The notes beneath the pieces are model-generated. The model saw only the letters and a program-made list of their open reading frames with translations, did no database searches and was not told the DNA's origin. From NCBI GenBank assembly GCA_965645245.1, contig OZ287069.1, forward strand, positions 2,356,001 through 2,420,000: a DNA stretch of 64,000 nucleotides, written 5' to 3'. Position numbers and translations under genes: made by a program. This document shows, in pieces, positions 38,161 to 50,221 of the stretch; positions within the stretch are counted from its first letter, which is position 1, and every line of letters begins with the position of its first letter. This DNA comes from Massalongia carnosa (lineage: Eukaryota).

Positions 38161-39782
38161 CTAAGCCTCAGCAGATATCCCAGGAGTGCGAGGGGTAGCA
38201 AAATGCTCCAGAGGAACAATCTCTGTGTCGATGTCTTCAGTTTTAGTGAAGGCGGTGCCTCTGAGAGCAAAGAACAGCAAGACACTTGACGCGATGAAGT
38301 TCAACCCAGTCCAGAATCCAATAACGTTGAGCCCATATTGTTGTCTGAGTGCGCCCCCAATCAGCGATCCTATCATGGAAAATGGCGCACATGATGTCCA
38401 CATCATCCCCGTCCATGCACCTAAAGAATTTCTGTGTTCTCTTGGAATGATGGAGGCAATAGCAGATACAGGGAGGCCAAACATTGCACCTATCAGAATC
38501 CCTAGCAGCACACAAAAAGCTGTCACAGAGGCTTCGTTTGAAGATAGAGGCCAGAAAACCATGACCACTAGAGCGGCTAGAAGGTTGGTCGCGGCCTGGA
38601 TGGGGATTGGATTTTCCCATCTAAAACGAGTGAGTGCTTGTTCGTATACTGTTCTCCGTGGAACATCAAATACCTGCTGGCAACGATTCCAGTGCTGATC
38701 CGCCCCACACAGCCGCTGCTTGTAGACCATTAGTCATGGTCGGGTCAAGCCTCGTTACTCATAACTTACCCATTCAAAATTGCTATGAACCAATACGTTG
38801 AGAATCCATTTTTCTCTCTCTTGGGCTCAGCCCATTCGGCCACATGATAAGACAGGAGATAGTATCCCGCAAATGCAAACCACATCGAAGTGCAAAATAG
38901 CATATATGACTTGCTCTTCAAGGCGCTAGTGCTCATCCAAGTCTTCGCCTTTAGGATTGAACCGATTGCAGGTTTCCTGTCTGTGAACTTTGGGAATCCA
39001 AGAACACTAGCTACCACTACTACCCCACTAGTGATGCCTGCTAAGACTTGAATGCCGGTCGAAACTCCGAATTTACTTATGAGAGAACTAATGATAGGAG
39101 GATATATCACCCCACCTGCATGGTAGTCAGTATTGGAGCCAGATCTATGACGGTCAATGTTACCGAATCCAGCGCCCGCGCTGGTAACCCCCGTGGCAAA
39201 GTAAGCATTTGATGGAAACCACTTGCGCGCTATTAGCTACCGTCCGAAGAGTGGAAACAATCCTCGATGCTTACTCGGATGGCGTTGTGAGAGCTGTACA
39301 TGAAGAAACATGTCATCCCCAAGCTGGTGATCAAACCCGACGTGAGCCAAACAAGACCAACCTGTTGAGTTGCAAAACTCAAGCAGAAGATGCCTAGAAC
39401 GAGATAGAACACGCCGGTCCCCAATATCCAGCCATGCTGTTGAGCATCGAGTAGACGTCCAACAACAATCGAAAGCAGCAGTACCAGGAAAGACTGAGTC
39501 CCGCCGATTAAGCTGAGTTGGAGATCTGTTGCGTTGGGTAGGAGTTGTTCGTCGTAAAGCTCGAAGAACACGCCATATGACATGATCAATCCCCTGCTTC
39601 AAGTTACTGTACTGTCAAGGCATAGTTGAAAATAACTATTACCAGCTACAGGACATCATCAAGAAACCTGAAATCAGCACGGCGTAAGGTCGCCATCCTT
39701 GGGGCCACTTGCTAGGAGTACTTTCCAATTCGCCCGCTCGCGGCTGAGGTTTTAGAGGTAAGGAGGTAGCTACGACTTCCAT
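38161..39782 (-). CDS. MFS monocarboxylate-transporter-like (MCH family) permease; multi-exon
   Basis: ATG 39782, WPQGWRPYAVLISGFLMMSCSW, SYGVFFELY, LSLIGG, GRLLDA, QVVSIKCLL..GVTSAGAGFG, and multiple TM segments separated by GT-AG introns. Confidence 0.88.
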
Positions 39783-41942
39783 TGTAGACTCGGCCCTTGC
39801 GTCCTCGAGAGCTTGCTAACCTCCGTTGATAGGCATATTTCCGTCTCTAGATGTCGACCACTAGGTTTCCAAGGAAGCAAATATTTTGGTATTTATATAA
39901 TGAGATCAACTGCAGGCTCACAGCTGAGGATGAAGGAGAAATCGGAGTGGACACGAATGCAGGCAAATAGTCAAAGTAATATATATATAATTGAGAAACA
40001 CCAACTAGCTGGTAAATGCTTGCTGTATAGTACCGGATGTAAAAAGGTGTGATCAAAGAGCCAATACTGGTAGTGTACGAAAGACCACCAAACCAAGAAA
40101 GACGGTATATATGGGCAATGTAGGGACAGACGAGAACCACACGAGAATCCCCAAAAATTATATGAGATAAGAAGACGAGGGTGTAAAATATTACGATCCA
40201 GCATCGCTTTGCTCCAGCGTCTTCAAAAACCTCCTCCATGCCACCCCTGCAACCAGTACAGATACAACTCCCAAAGCCAGCGGCCATGGTACAGACCTTC
40301 GCTCTTCCGAGATAGGTATCATTTCAAGATTCCCATAAGAAATGTTAGGTTTCTACATTGTCTGCTTTAATGGAGGGTTTATTTATATATATTTGGGGGG
40401 GTTCAAGCCTGGGACCACCACCACCACCATATGTAGACATAATGCAAGAAAGTTCCTTGGGTTCGTTAGGATGAAGTTGTATATTTCCCCGGGAAAATAT
40501 AGCGCACCATGTTACAATCTCCCTTATCTCTCTTTCAGTTTTATTTCCCTGTTAGATCGCAATCGATAAAGCAAGCACCTCCCCCTTACTCAGTTCTTTT
40601 TAGCGTCCAGTTCGCGATCCTTAAGACCACGGAACCGGGGAAGAAAGACTTTGTGCAGAAAGAGCATTTGGTGAACATGAGAATGTGCGCTAAACCTATT
40701 CGGGCTGAGCATCTTTGTTGAACAGTTGGAAATCGTGATGGTGTCGTGCTCCAGGCAAGTGTCAACTTGTCATGACCGATGTACGCTCGTAACAAGCGGT
40801 TAGTTGTCCATACTTAACAGTCCTGTTATAGGGAGCCTTAGGATGGAAGAGGAGCTTGACGGGCAAGGCCCCAAACTTGAAGTCGCAACGGTATAGAGAT
40901 CTAGCCGATCCTTTACCGATTTTCAATATAAGACCAATCCATTCAGTTTTAGGTTCGACAATTGTCTGCTGAGATTGTTATCGCAGCTTGTGACTGACAG
41001 GTGGCATATCTTCACTACGCCCATCTTCTATTCCGCTAAAAGAGATTGATGTTAGCCTATGCGATTGCCCGATTAGGCTGGTTTGCATTCTTCGGAGTTG
41101 AGGTGAAATTTCTGCAGATAGTAAACAGGAGAACTATTCTAAATGTTCGTGTTATGCACCAAGTTATCAAATCACCTCAACAAAAGGAAGGGGATTAATC
41201 CTGCCACAATAGTGCCATTGTTCATACATAATCATCAGCCTGTCTATAATATGGTATTGTTAGTATTTATAATATCACGGGACAAGCCAGGTATGGGAAA
41301 AGAAGATATGAAGACGAACGTTATATTTGATACTCGTCCTTCATAAAGTTGCGTGAAAAGAACACATATCCGACTGGCTGAGGGCCTGGGAACTTATTTA
41401 GTACTCTGTTGCCAGACCTTGCTCTTGCAAAGTCTCGTTGCATGTTACGTATCGATTAAAGGTGGCAAGAAACAATATATCTCCTTTCATCCTCATGATA
41501 TTATGGGCATATCTGAGATTCTTCATGTTAGAAGCCATCGCCTAGCATTTGCTCGCTACAGCACGCAATAGATATTTTGATGCAAGGTGCGATTCCTGCC
41601 CAACTCTAGTTCATAGAAAGCCTGTTACTCCACTCCCCGAATGAGAATTATAGGTCGAAGTTAAAAGTATGATAGATATCAAGCAATGCCATTTTCTTTC
41701 AGTTTTAGGTCTTTCTCCTTCGCTGCCAATGATTCTAGGATATCAAAACACCTTGGTCGATGGACGCTAATGGCGTTGTGATGACCTAGTACATCCCAAA
41801 GGGCCGTCCTTAGACAGTTCCTTTTTGATGACGCATTAGCGAGCTTCTTCATCTCATTACTCATGAGATTCAGAGAACGACTCTGATATTTTGTACAGCG
41901 AAGTCGTCTCGGTCTCAGGATCTTATTATTTGATACCTCCAA

Positions 41943-42586
41943 ATGGCAGGTACGGAACCCAAGCTATCAGTAATACTTTCGCTTTCTCCAACATCCTATC
42001 ACTTCTCCGACCCCGCCCCCCGGTTCTTACACTAATCATTGAGTCTCACTCCAACCGACCCATCACCCTCTTCACCTGGAACACACCGCTCGATCCCGCT
42101 TCGGCACTGACGCAGGGCTGCTTCCCAATCACCGATAATGACCACAACGTCCCAATCGCCCAAATATCAGCACGCATCCAGCGCGCTCCTATCTCTCGCG
42201 CTCGGGGATCCAGCGACGAGAAGTACGGCTTGGCGCTGTCCCCTCGCACCCCTACTGTGGTGTCCACTGGGTTTAGCCGAGGGGGCGGCATGCAGCCTTA
42301 GCCTCGGGCTATTATGGAGCGGGGGTGGGAGCCGGACGGGGAAGGTAACGAGCGCAAGACTCATCGGAGTACTATAGGATGTGGGGTAGATGGCTTGGAA
42401 CGTGGACATCACTACAAGGTTGATGTTGCCCGGGGGGGCTTGATGGGTATTTGGTGGCGATGGGGGACGAAGGAGGAGATTTTGGTCGAGCAAGGGAGCC
42501 TGGATTAGAATTTGACTTCTATATCACCCGAGCAGGCGCCCTTGGAGATTGGAAAGATTGACGGGGTGAAATTTAGCGTGGAATAG
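41943..42586 (+). pseudogene. pseudogene of a small hypothetical fungal protein
   Basis: Continuous protein-like reading MAGTEPKLSVILSLSPTSYHFSDPAP / PVLTLIIESH...GVDGLERGHHY...WWRWGTKEE...VKFSVE. It has one frameshift in the C-run near 42020 and two in-frame TAG stops (42299-42301, 42506-42508). Confidence 0.65.
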
Positions 42587-43348
42587 ACTGCAAAATCAGT
42601 CACGAGATGTTTCCGCTCGTGACCTTAATCGGCCGACGGTCACGTAACTGGATGTTTCAATGTGGGGATACTGTATACAATATATACAAACCCTTCCGTG
42701 ATAAAGGAAGTACATAGTAAAAACCTCATACCACTACGTTATGTTAGTTAAGCGCTTCACACCGTCAACTGACGGAATACGTGCCTAGGCGAATGACAAC
42801 ACACAGTGGACAGGAACTCCTCAAAGTAAGAAATCCCTTCGCCAAACCCCCAACCCCCTCCTCAAAATAAAAAACCGACTTCATATCCAATCTCCCGAAC
42901 CCTCCCAGTCCAGTCTTCCTCCATCCCTTCCTCCCCTCCTTCCCCTATCTCGCTCGAACAAACACCTACCTAGAAGTTATCCCACGCAAGAGAGCAAATT
43001 CGTGAAAGGAAGGGGAAGAGAGAGGAGGGAGAAATGATGGACCGGAAACTCGCACAGAGCGGTGGGGGGGGGGGGGGGGGGAAACAGGAAAGAAGATGTG
43101 CATGTATGTACATATCAGACAAATGGAAAAGGGGAAGGAAGGAGACAAAACTCTTTTTCTTTTCTACATGTTTATGTACTTGCGGGACACGAAGGGCTGG
43201 GAACCAACAAAAACGACACGTTGAGATTATCCGGTGATTAGGGGTGGCGGGCGAGAAGGGGATTTCCGATGGCAGGGTTCTGCTAGGATGATAGGCGAGT
43301 AGACAGAAAAGGAATTGCTAACGGAAACCTGACTGCGTCCAGCCCGGG

Positions 43349-44869
43349 CTACGTTTCTAGCTCTGCCTCTTCCATCTCCGATGACGGATCCAGGGTGACT
43401 TCTTCACCATTTTCAAACGCTGGGACTTCAAGACCATTAGGATCGTTTAGGCAAAGTTGTGGTAGACCAGGAGCAATGCCCGGGGGAGTCTGGCCCCCTT
43501 CCATCATCCCTCGTGCCAGACCTACGCTTGTGCCCTCTAGTGACCCAACCCCCTCACCCTCGTAAATAACTCCTCCTCCAGCTGCCTCCTTCAAGATCTG
43601 CTCATCCGCGACCTTCCTCTCTCCGCTAATAGGATCCCATTCAAACCCAATCCTTAACCAGCGCCACCTTAGATACGCCCTCAACTCCTTATCCAAGGGC
43701 AGCACTCTCGTCCATTCCTTCGCCAATTCCAACTTCCTAATAGTAGAATCGCGCATCAATTCCCCTCTGTCCGGTAGACCTGTCGGAAGCCCGCGCAGTT
43801 CGTCGCGGCAGAAGATGCGCCAGCTATCGATGGCGTAGGCGCCAATGCCAGCCAAATGGCCGACTTCCCATGCGACGCGACCATCATCGTCGCCGATGGG
43901 GCCTTCGTTGATATCAATGTCCTTGCCGTCGTCTTTGGCAGGGTAATGTAGCCGTCGATAGCGCTTTCCTTTCACAGGCGGGGTTTCCAACCACGTCTTG
44001 GCGAGCCCGACGCATCTCAGCGCACGCTGATTCTGCAGTCCCAGCTGCTGGAACACTGAAACGATCTCATCGTGCTTAGCTGCTGCTAGAGCGGTAGGGG
44101 TAGGGTAGCGGGCAATGAGATTGTAGAAAACAGGCATAGCAACGGAGCCGCGAGTTTTGTTAAGGAAGATGACAGCGATGAGAAGGAGGAAGGGTGCGTG
44201 GCTAAGAGACTCCTGGACAAGGCCAAAGGAGATGGCGTCCAGGGGTGGAAAGGGGATGGATGAGATTTTTGCCCCTTTCACCCTTTTAGAAGGCGATTTG
44301 ATGAAGTAAGGGGATATTGTAAGTTTTCTTAGAGCTTTCGGCTTATGAGCTAGGCTGATGGGTTTAGAACGTTCTTTTTGCTGCAGCGATAGGTCTGGTT
44401 CAGTTTTGGGTTCTATGGGAAGGGTGGTGAATGGAAAAATAGGACTTGAAAGGCAGCTGGACAGAGAACTTATTGAGCAGCTTCGTACTCTACGGATATA
44501 TGCGCTGGAATCAAAGAGAGCATGGCCGCTTGATGGAGATGGCCCCTGTTTTTTAACCTTCTCAGTCACTGTCTCAGTCGGATCGAAAGGGAATTCGGGG
44601 TTTGACAAGGCGCTAGACAGGGGACTGCTGTCATCGCTATAAAAACCTGTATCGGAAGTTTTGGCTCTTTCCGGCGTCCAAAAAACATCATGGCGAGTTT
44701 CCCTTTGTTTCGGAGTTTTGGGAGGATCAACTATCGCTTCTCGATAGCCTTTTTTAACTTGTGGTTTATTCTCTCGCGACATCTCCTCATCAGCAGCGGT
44801 CACGCTTACTAAATCATTGGAGACTGAAAATCCAAACGTTGGGCAAAGTTTTCTGCAGAGTTTTGGGAT
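43349..44869 (-). CDS. MBD4-like HhH-GPD DNA glycosylase ORF (G:T/G:U mismatch family); frame open from 44869, in the -1 frame of the upstream ORF
   Basis: FGLVQESLSHAPFLLLIAVIFLNKTRG, RYPTP, LGLQNQRA, HhH motif HLAGIGAYAIDSWRIFC and catalytic-Asp region VLPLDKELRAYLRW, all typical of MBD4-type glycosylases. Confidence 0.9.
   Translation of the reverse strand: MPKLCRKLCPTFGFSVSNDLVSVTAADEEMSRENKPQVKKGYREAIVDPPKTPKQRETRHDVFWTPERAKTSDTGFYSDDSSPLSSALSNPEFPFDPTETVTEKVKKQGPSPSSGHALFDSSAYIRRVRSCSISSLSSCLSSPIFPFTTLPIEPKTEPDLSLQQKERSKPISLAHKPKALRKLTISPYFIKSPSKRVKGAKISSIPFPPLDAISFGLVQESLSHAPFLLLIAVIFLNKTRGSVAMPVFYNLIARYPTPTALAAAKHDEIVSVFQQLGLQNQRALRCVGLAKTWLETPPVKGKRYRRLHYPAKDDGKDIDINEGPIGDDDGRVAWEVGHLAGIGAYAIDSWRIFCRDELRGLPTGLPDRGELMRDSTIRKLELAKEWTRVLPLDKELRAYLRWRWLRIGFEWDPISGERKVADEQILKEAAGGGVIYEGEGVGSLEGTSVGLARGMMEGGQTPPGIAPGLPQLCLNDPNGLEVPAFENGEEVTLDPSSEMEEAELET
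44773..44833 (-). promoter_or_regulatory. candidate -1 programmed ribosomal frameshift signal (G_GAU_UUU plus downstream stem-loop/pseudoknot)
   Basis: The heptamer at 44833-44827 is in the correct X_XXY_YYZ phase. Downstream pairings are UCUCC/GGAGA, UUAGU/GCUGA and CGUGAC/GUCGCG. Confidence 0.55.
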
Positions 44870-46692
44870 TCAGATGCAGTACGATTCTCCTTGTTCTGAA
44901 TGGAGATCTCAGGGAGGCCTGAGTGAGTTGCCTTTGCTTTCTTCGTCTTTCCTTTTCTATTATTGCCTCCTTCCACTTCTGTACCTTTCTTCGGGTTTCT
45001 CTTCTCTCGCTTTCCACGTCCTGTTATGGCCGAACCATTTTGGCTTGCGGGAAGTTGCTCCTGGTTGGAATCTTTACTACAGCCTAATTTGACGATGTTT
45101 TCGCCCCATACAGACCTGTCTTTGGCCAAGTTCCGATCCGGAGTTGCTCCACCAACACCGACGACTTCGTTGCTAAGTGACACTTTCAACGTTCCTTTCT
45201 TCCATTCCAATTCCGAATACAAATTACGATGTTCTTGGCTCGTCCATACCACGCCACTTGGTTTTTGGGAGGTAGGGTCCTGGCCCTGGTTCCCATATAT
45301 ATGAAGACCTTCGTGGCTCCTTACTTTAGGGCCTGATATCTTTGGAATTTCAGATGCTGGTAGAATCAAGCTAGTGATAGAGTGGTCTTCTTTTGGATTC
45401 ACTTCCTGCTCCTTCGGCTTTTGAGATGTTTTCGTGCCCTTCAAAGTTTTAACTTGCTTTCGATTCCTTCTTTTTACCCTACTATTGAATTCCGGTGATA
45501 TTTTTTTCACGTCAGCACTAATCTTCTCTTCCTCACGCTCACAAGGTTGAGCGGCTAATGCCGGGCTTTGTGATGATACTAATGGCTCGTCAAGTAAAGC
45601 CGAATCTATGTTCAACAGCTCATCTACCACATCTAGGCTGCGTATCTGATGCGTAGGTATCTTAGCGATTACAATGCCTGCAAAAGCGACTTTGTCATTA
45701 CTATTCAACCCATTCGAGGTTAAAGTTGGTTTATTTGTACTCTGGACTAAGCCCGGCGGCTTTACATAGGGCACGACTTGCTCATCCCGGTATCCCTGGG
45801 CATATTGAACGCCTTTTTGCTGTCTCTTCTTCGCTGGATAGTCCTTGATCTTATCATTTGCCATGTCTGCCTCAAACGACTTCCGTTTCTTTCTTTTGAT
45901 CACTTCAATAGAGGCACCTTTCGCCACTGGAGGTACAGATATATGAGTTTTCTCTCCTGGATTCTTTTGCTTTTTATTGATTGTATTCTGCTGTTCCTGA
46001 GATCTGTCGTTCCTTCCTGCAGTGGATAGTTGGCACAAGTTCCTCGATTTATTTGACGTCGTTGATTGTGTCAAATCTTTGGCTTCAGCAGATTGCACCA
46101 CTCCATTGTTTGGAGACGTGGATTTTGAAGGACAGGAGAGTCTTTTCAAGACAGTCGATGAATCATCGATCTCGTCGGCCCAGGCAGAATGATCACTATC
46201 ATAGAACTCTTCTCCGCAAAAGCTCCTTGCCTTGACCAATTCTTCCTCTACTTTACTTTTCGACAGACCTAGAGACCGACCGAAATCATAAATATCTCGT
46301 TCAAACTTCCTTCGATGTGAGGTTGTAAAACGGGCAAGAGACAGTTTGGTGAAGAACTCATGTTTTCGAACGTAATGGTTCAGCTGTTTGAGCGTAGAAG
46401 GCTCGGTGTTCTCTGAATAAGGTCTAAGGCGCGTAGTAATATAAAATCCCGATGGAGACGGTTTACGAAGTGCAGGTTTCTTCGTGGGTGAATTGACATC
46501 CTCTAGCTTCTGGCCCTCGGGGGCAGTTTGAGACCAGCGATATAGATCCTCCTCCTTAGTGTCATCAACAACGTAGTCTTCAGACTGCGAAGGAGAATCT
46601 TCAAACTCAGACTCTTTGGGTAGAGCTTGAGATGACGGAGGCAGCCAATCGCTATCGCCCGGAGACCTGCTCGGGATCAAGGTTTGCGCCAT
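44809..46692 (-). CDS. 627-aa Lys/Ser-rich protein; probable N-terminal part of the glycosylase gene
   Basis: Long ORF with a structured N-terminal block (FTTSHRRKFERDIYDFGRSLGLSK...CGEEFYDSD) and NLS-like tracts. It ends LDFQSPMI* and overlaps the glycosylase frame by about 60 nt. Confidence 0.85.
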   Translation of the reverse strand: MAQTLIPSRSPGDSDWLPPSSQALPKESEFEDSPSQSEDYVVDDTKEEDLYRWSQTAPEGQKLEDVNSPTKKPALRKPSPSGFYITTRLRPYSENTEPSTLKQLNHYVRKHEFFTKLSLARFTTSHRRKFERDIYDFGRSLGLSKSKVEEELVKARSFCGEEFYDSDHSAWADEIDDSSTVLKRLSCPSKSTSPNNGVVQSAEAKDLTQSTTSNKSRNLCQLSTAGRNDRSQEQQNTINKKQKNPGEKTHISVPPVAKGASIEVIKRKKRKSFEADMANDKIKDYPAKKRQQKGVQYAQGYRDEQVVPYVKPPGLVQSTNKPTLTSNGLNSNDKVAFAGIVIAKIPTHQIRSLDVVDELLNIDSALLDEPLVSSQSPALAAQPCEREEEKISADVKKISPEFNSRVKRRNRKQVKTLKGTKTSQKPKEQEVNPKEDHSITSLILPASEIPKISGPKVRSHEGLHIYGNQGQDPTSQKPSGVVWTSQEHRNLYSELEWKKGTLKVSLSNEVVGVGGATPDRNLAKDRSVWGENIVKLGCSKDSNQEQLPASQNGSAITGRGKREKRNPKKGTEVEGGNNRKGKTKKAKATHSGLPEISIQNKENRTASESQNSAENFAQRLDFQSPMI

Positions 46693-47335
46693 TCTACCTG
46701 GCGTTTAAAGTCAGGCCGTCCCAGCTGCCTTGCTACTCCCTACTCGTAACGTGAGTAAAAGGAACTGGAGTAGTAGCTAGAAAGCCTCCCATAAGCTCGG
46801 AGTTCCAGCTAGTTTGAGTTCTTTTCGCTCTTGCGATGTCTTCCAAAAGTGAAAATCCACCAAACCATACATGGAGATGGTCAACCTTCATCAAAACTCG
46901 CCATTTTCAAGGAGTTTACAGATTTCCCTCGATTTTTCGGAGACAGCTGCACACTTCGGCTCGGCTAAATGGGTGGTTTTACCGTCAACGGAAAAACATT
47001 TTAGTAACCCTAACCACTTGTTGGTGCCTTTGCCCTTTGTTAGCCAGACTCTCGTCGTGATTGAGACCTAAGGCCTTCCATCAAGATACTTGAGCATTCA
47101 GTTCACCGTTTTCGCATAACCTTGTCAAGTTGGTCCGTGCTCATTCGCCAAGAGTGAGAAGCTACTTTAGCGCTTCCGCTAGATCGTTTTGGCCCCTCAC
47201 TATGCCTTGGTAGGACTTAGGAGTACCTAGTCAGTGCTAGTTCTAAGTAGATACGGTTTGTTGAGCAATTGGAACTTACTTAATGGCGATGAGCTTCTTG
47301 CCTCCCCCCTATTGTACCTCCTTGATAGCTACCAG

Positions 47336-48463
47336 ATGTTGGCGACCACCACGAAGTTTCCGCTCCTTTTCTCCGCTATCCTCTCAATCACCGCCAGCGC
47401 TGCAACTGCAAGCATCCCGCCCATTAACGCGCGATCGCCCCAAAAATGCAACGTCTCCTACGCCTCCTCGATCCTTAAGAGCCTTCCGACTGGCCGGCAA
47501 TTCTGCTCTTCCCTGATATACCCGTTTGGAATTCCCACGAAGACGAAGACAACTACCAAAGTTGTAGTTGTGACGGCCAAGGAATGTACGACTAAGATTG
47601 AGACAAAGGTGGTGCACGAGGTCTTCACTCAGACGTAAGGAAGCCTATTGAGGAACATCTAATGCTTTTCCTTTCTCTTTCGTGATCGTGATTTGTTGCT
47701 CAGGCGTCACGTAGTGAGTTTGCCACAACAGTATTACCGTCAATCACAGTCACACAATACGCATCTACAGTTCTCATCCCTAGGTACAAACCCCTAAATC
47801 CCCTTCAATTGACGAAAAGCACTGACAAGCACGTCCACTTGTCCCCGTAGCGGCCCCACTCCAATCATCAACAAACGAGCCCCTACTGCTGCACCCGCAA
47901 ATCAGCCGAAGAACCCAACTCCCACATTTCTAGCAACTTGCGACCCCCAAATGCTCTCATGCGCCTGTTCATCCCTTGTCTATCCATGCACTAAAACAAA
48001 AACTCAATCGTCCACATCAATAGCCCAATGTGCCATTACCACAATCGCTAGCAGTATTGCATTTGATCGCGGCGAAACCACAGTCACAGTTCCCTTCACT
48101 GCTTCGCCACCCAAATTTGTACTCACCACAAGCGCGACGCTCACAACTACTGTGCCCGCCGTCTGCGCAGGCGCTCTCTACGCTCCCCCCGGTGGGCCCA
48201 ACCCCGATGGCAGCCAGGCCTTCGATGTGCTGTATCCAGATTTCCCATCAACGGACGTCGAATGCTGTGTATATTGCGCCAAGCTGAAGAACTGCATCGC
48301 GAGCTACTTCGACACCGCTACCGATAGTTGTGAGTATCTGAGTCACGTAAGCGGGCAGCTTCCTGGCGTAACGGCACAGTGCCCGCTGGGCATTTTCGAT
48401 TACAATTTCGGAGCGCCGGGGGCGGCTAATGGGGTTTTACTTCCGGGTCCATGTGGGAGGTGA
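47336..48463 (+). CDS. secreted Cys/Thr-rich protein; 3 exons
   Basis: Signal-like N-terminus (FPLLFSAILSITASA). Introns at about 47636-47703 and about 47784-47850. Motifs FCSS, LSCACS and a C-terminal CCVYC...C...C...CPLG...GPC domain. Confidence 0.8.
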
Positions 48464-50221
48464 TGCTGTCGCCATTAGGATGTTTTGTATAGGCATTGAC
48501 TAGACCTGTTTAGCTAAGTTGTAACGCGAGAAATATTGGAAACTGCCATCGGTATTATTGCGGTCAAAGAAAGACCTAGATGATGAAAATTCCCACTCAT
48601 GCCAAGATGCTTGAATAGCTAGCGGCTTAGTATACCACTAGCCCGATGAAAGGGGATGAAGAGAAGGCTGGGCGAGTAGCTAGAATGATCTGGTATGATG
48701 TCCGGCGAAACCAAGGGTGAAGCGGTTGCAACAGTAATTCGAATTCAAACCCGGTTAGCATGGCTATCTACATCTTATATCTGGAGCCCCTTAGCAGGCG
48801 TATGCGGGTCTTTGAGAATACTAAAAGTTCAGTCTTGTGGATGGATTTTCGGGATACCAGAACAGAAAAAGAAAGAAGTTAAGGTACGAGGGAGTTGAGT
48901 TGTCACGTAGAGTACAAAGGTATATTTAGGTGAGGATCTAGAGAGTTGATGAGGAAGTAAAATTCCTGCGCTAGTGATGGTGAAATCTGTTATTTTTAAG
49001 CGTAGTTTTCTATCCTGTTACATATTCAAATCGAATCATCTCTATCTGTCAGTTTATATAATTACGTTTTGAGTAACAAGAATCAGATACTTGAGGCCTT
49101 GCACTATGAAATCTAGCGTTCTATATATTAAATCGATATACGAGACTCGGAAAGAGTTGAAGAGTTCGAGTTTTTGTTTATCCTCGTTATCGGATCCAGT
49201 TCATGGTAACCTATGCCTAACCTATAGTGCTTACGAGTATATAAAATCCTATCTATTAATGTTATCAAGGTCTCATGTAGGCTTGAAAGTGGCTTGTTTT
49301 TTTCTTGAGAACAGCGTTAATGGTTGTGATTTCTTGCAACATCGAACCATCGAGTTGACTACTTTCGCTTTGGCTAAAGAAAGGAAGGAGCAGCTTCGTG
49401 CATCTATTGCTTTAAACTTTGCGTTCGTCATTTGAAGGGGCTTTTGGCGTGCTCTTGAAGTATCCGCGATGATGGTTTTGCTCGTGGGTTCATATTTAAG
49501 TCCATCCATCAGCGGACCCAAGGAAAAACTACAACGATGCACTGCCCCTCTAACATGTCGAAAGTCACCAGAGCTATCTGCTCGGGCTAACTGGAAGCCA
49601 CTTTACCTGGGGTGAGGACGATGGTTAGAAACAAGGTTCCGATTGCGACATCGCGAAGGACATGAAGGTACATACATTGCGCACCCGTTTCTGAAGTAAG
49701 TTTTGGTTTTTGATGCGGAAATCGCCCTGTACCTTCCCCACGGGGTTCACCCCGTATCTTGGGGTATGGCTAAAAGGAGCTTCAAGCCCGAACCCTTACA
49801 CCAAGAGCAAAGGCTAGGGCAGTGGCCAACAAGGATGCTAGAGTTGTCGAGCTATTCGTGCTTTCCTGATAAACGTAAATATTTTCTGGAAATAGGGGGG
49901 CAGCTTCCCAGCAAAATACTAGGTTCTCCCTATAAAAAGGTGTCCTTGAACTGTGGGTCTCCATTTTTTCTCTCCATCATTCTCACACTTCACTCGTGAA
50001 CTTGGTACTCCTTGGACTCCTCGATTCCTTCATAAAGACTACTTTGTCTCTACTTCCATTTTATTGACTCATTGTTCTCTATATACTACACCTGTTTGAC
50101 TCCTCGAACCTTTGGAAGCCTCAGATATTCATATAGACCCATCTCCCATCCTTCTAACAATCTATCACAACCTCGTTTAAACAATCCATCCCAACTTCTC
50201 TCAACAAATCCTCCCGAAATC

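Noticed and set aside
42299..42508. A-to-I editing or readthrough of the two in-frame TAGs
   Set aside because: The same gene also has a frameshift near 42020, so ordinary pseudogenisation is simpler.
47004..47016. Telomere repeat or telomerase template (TAACCCTAACC)
   Set aside because: Isolated match under two repeats long in a promoter region, with no supporting structure recognised.
49600..49770. U1 snRNA-like start (TTACCTGG, CATTGC)
   Set aside because: Lacks ATACTTACCTG, the U1-70K loop and a properly placed Sm site.
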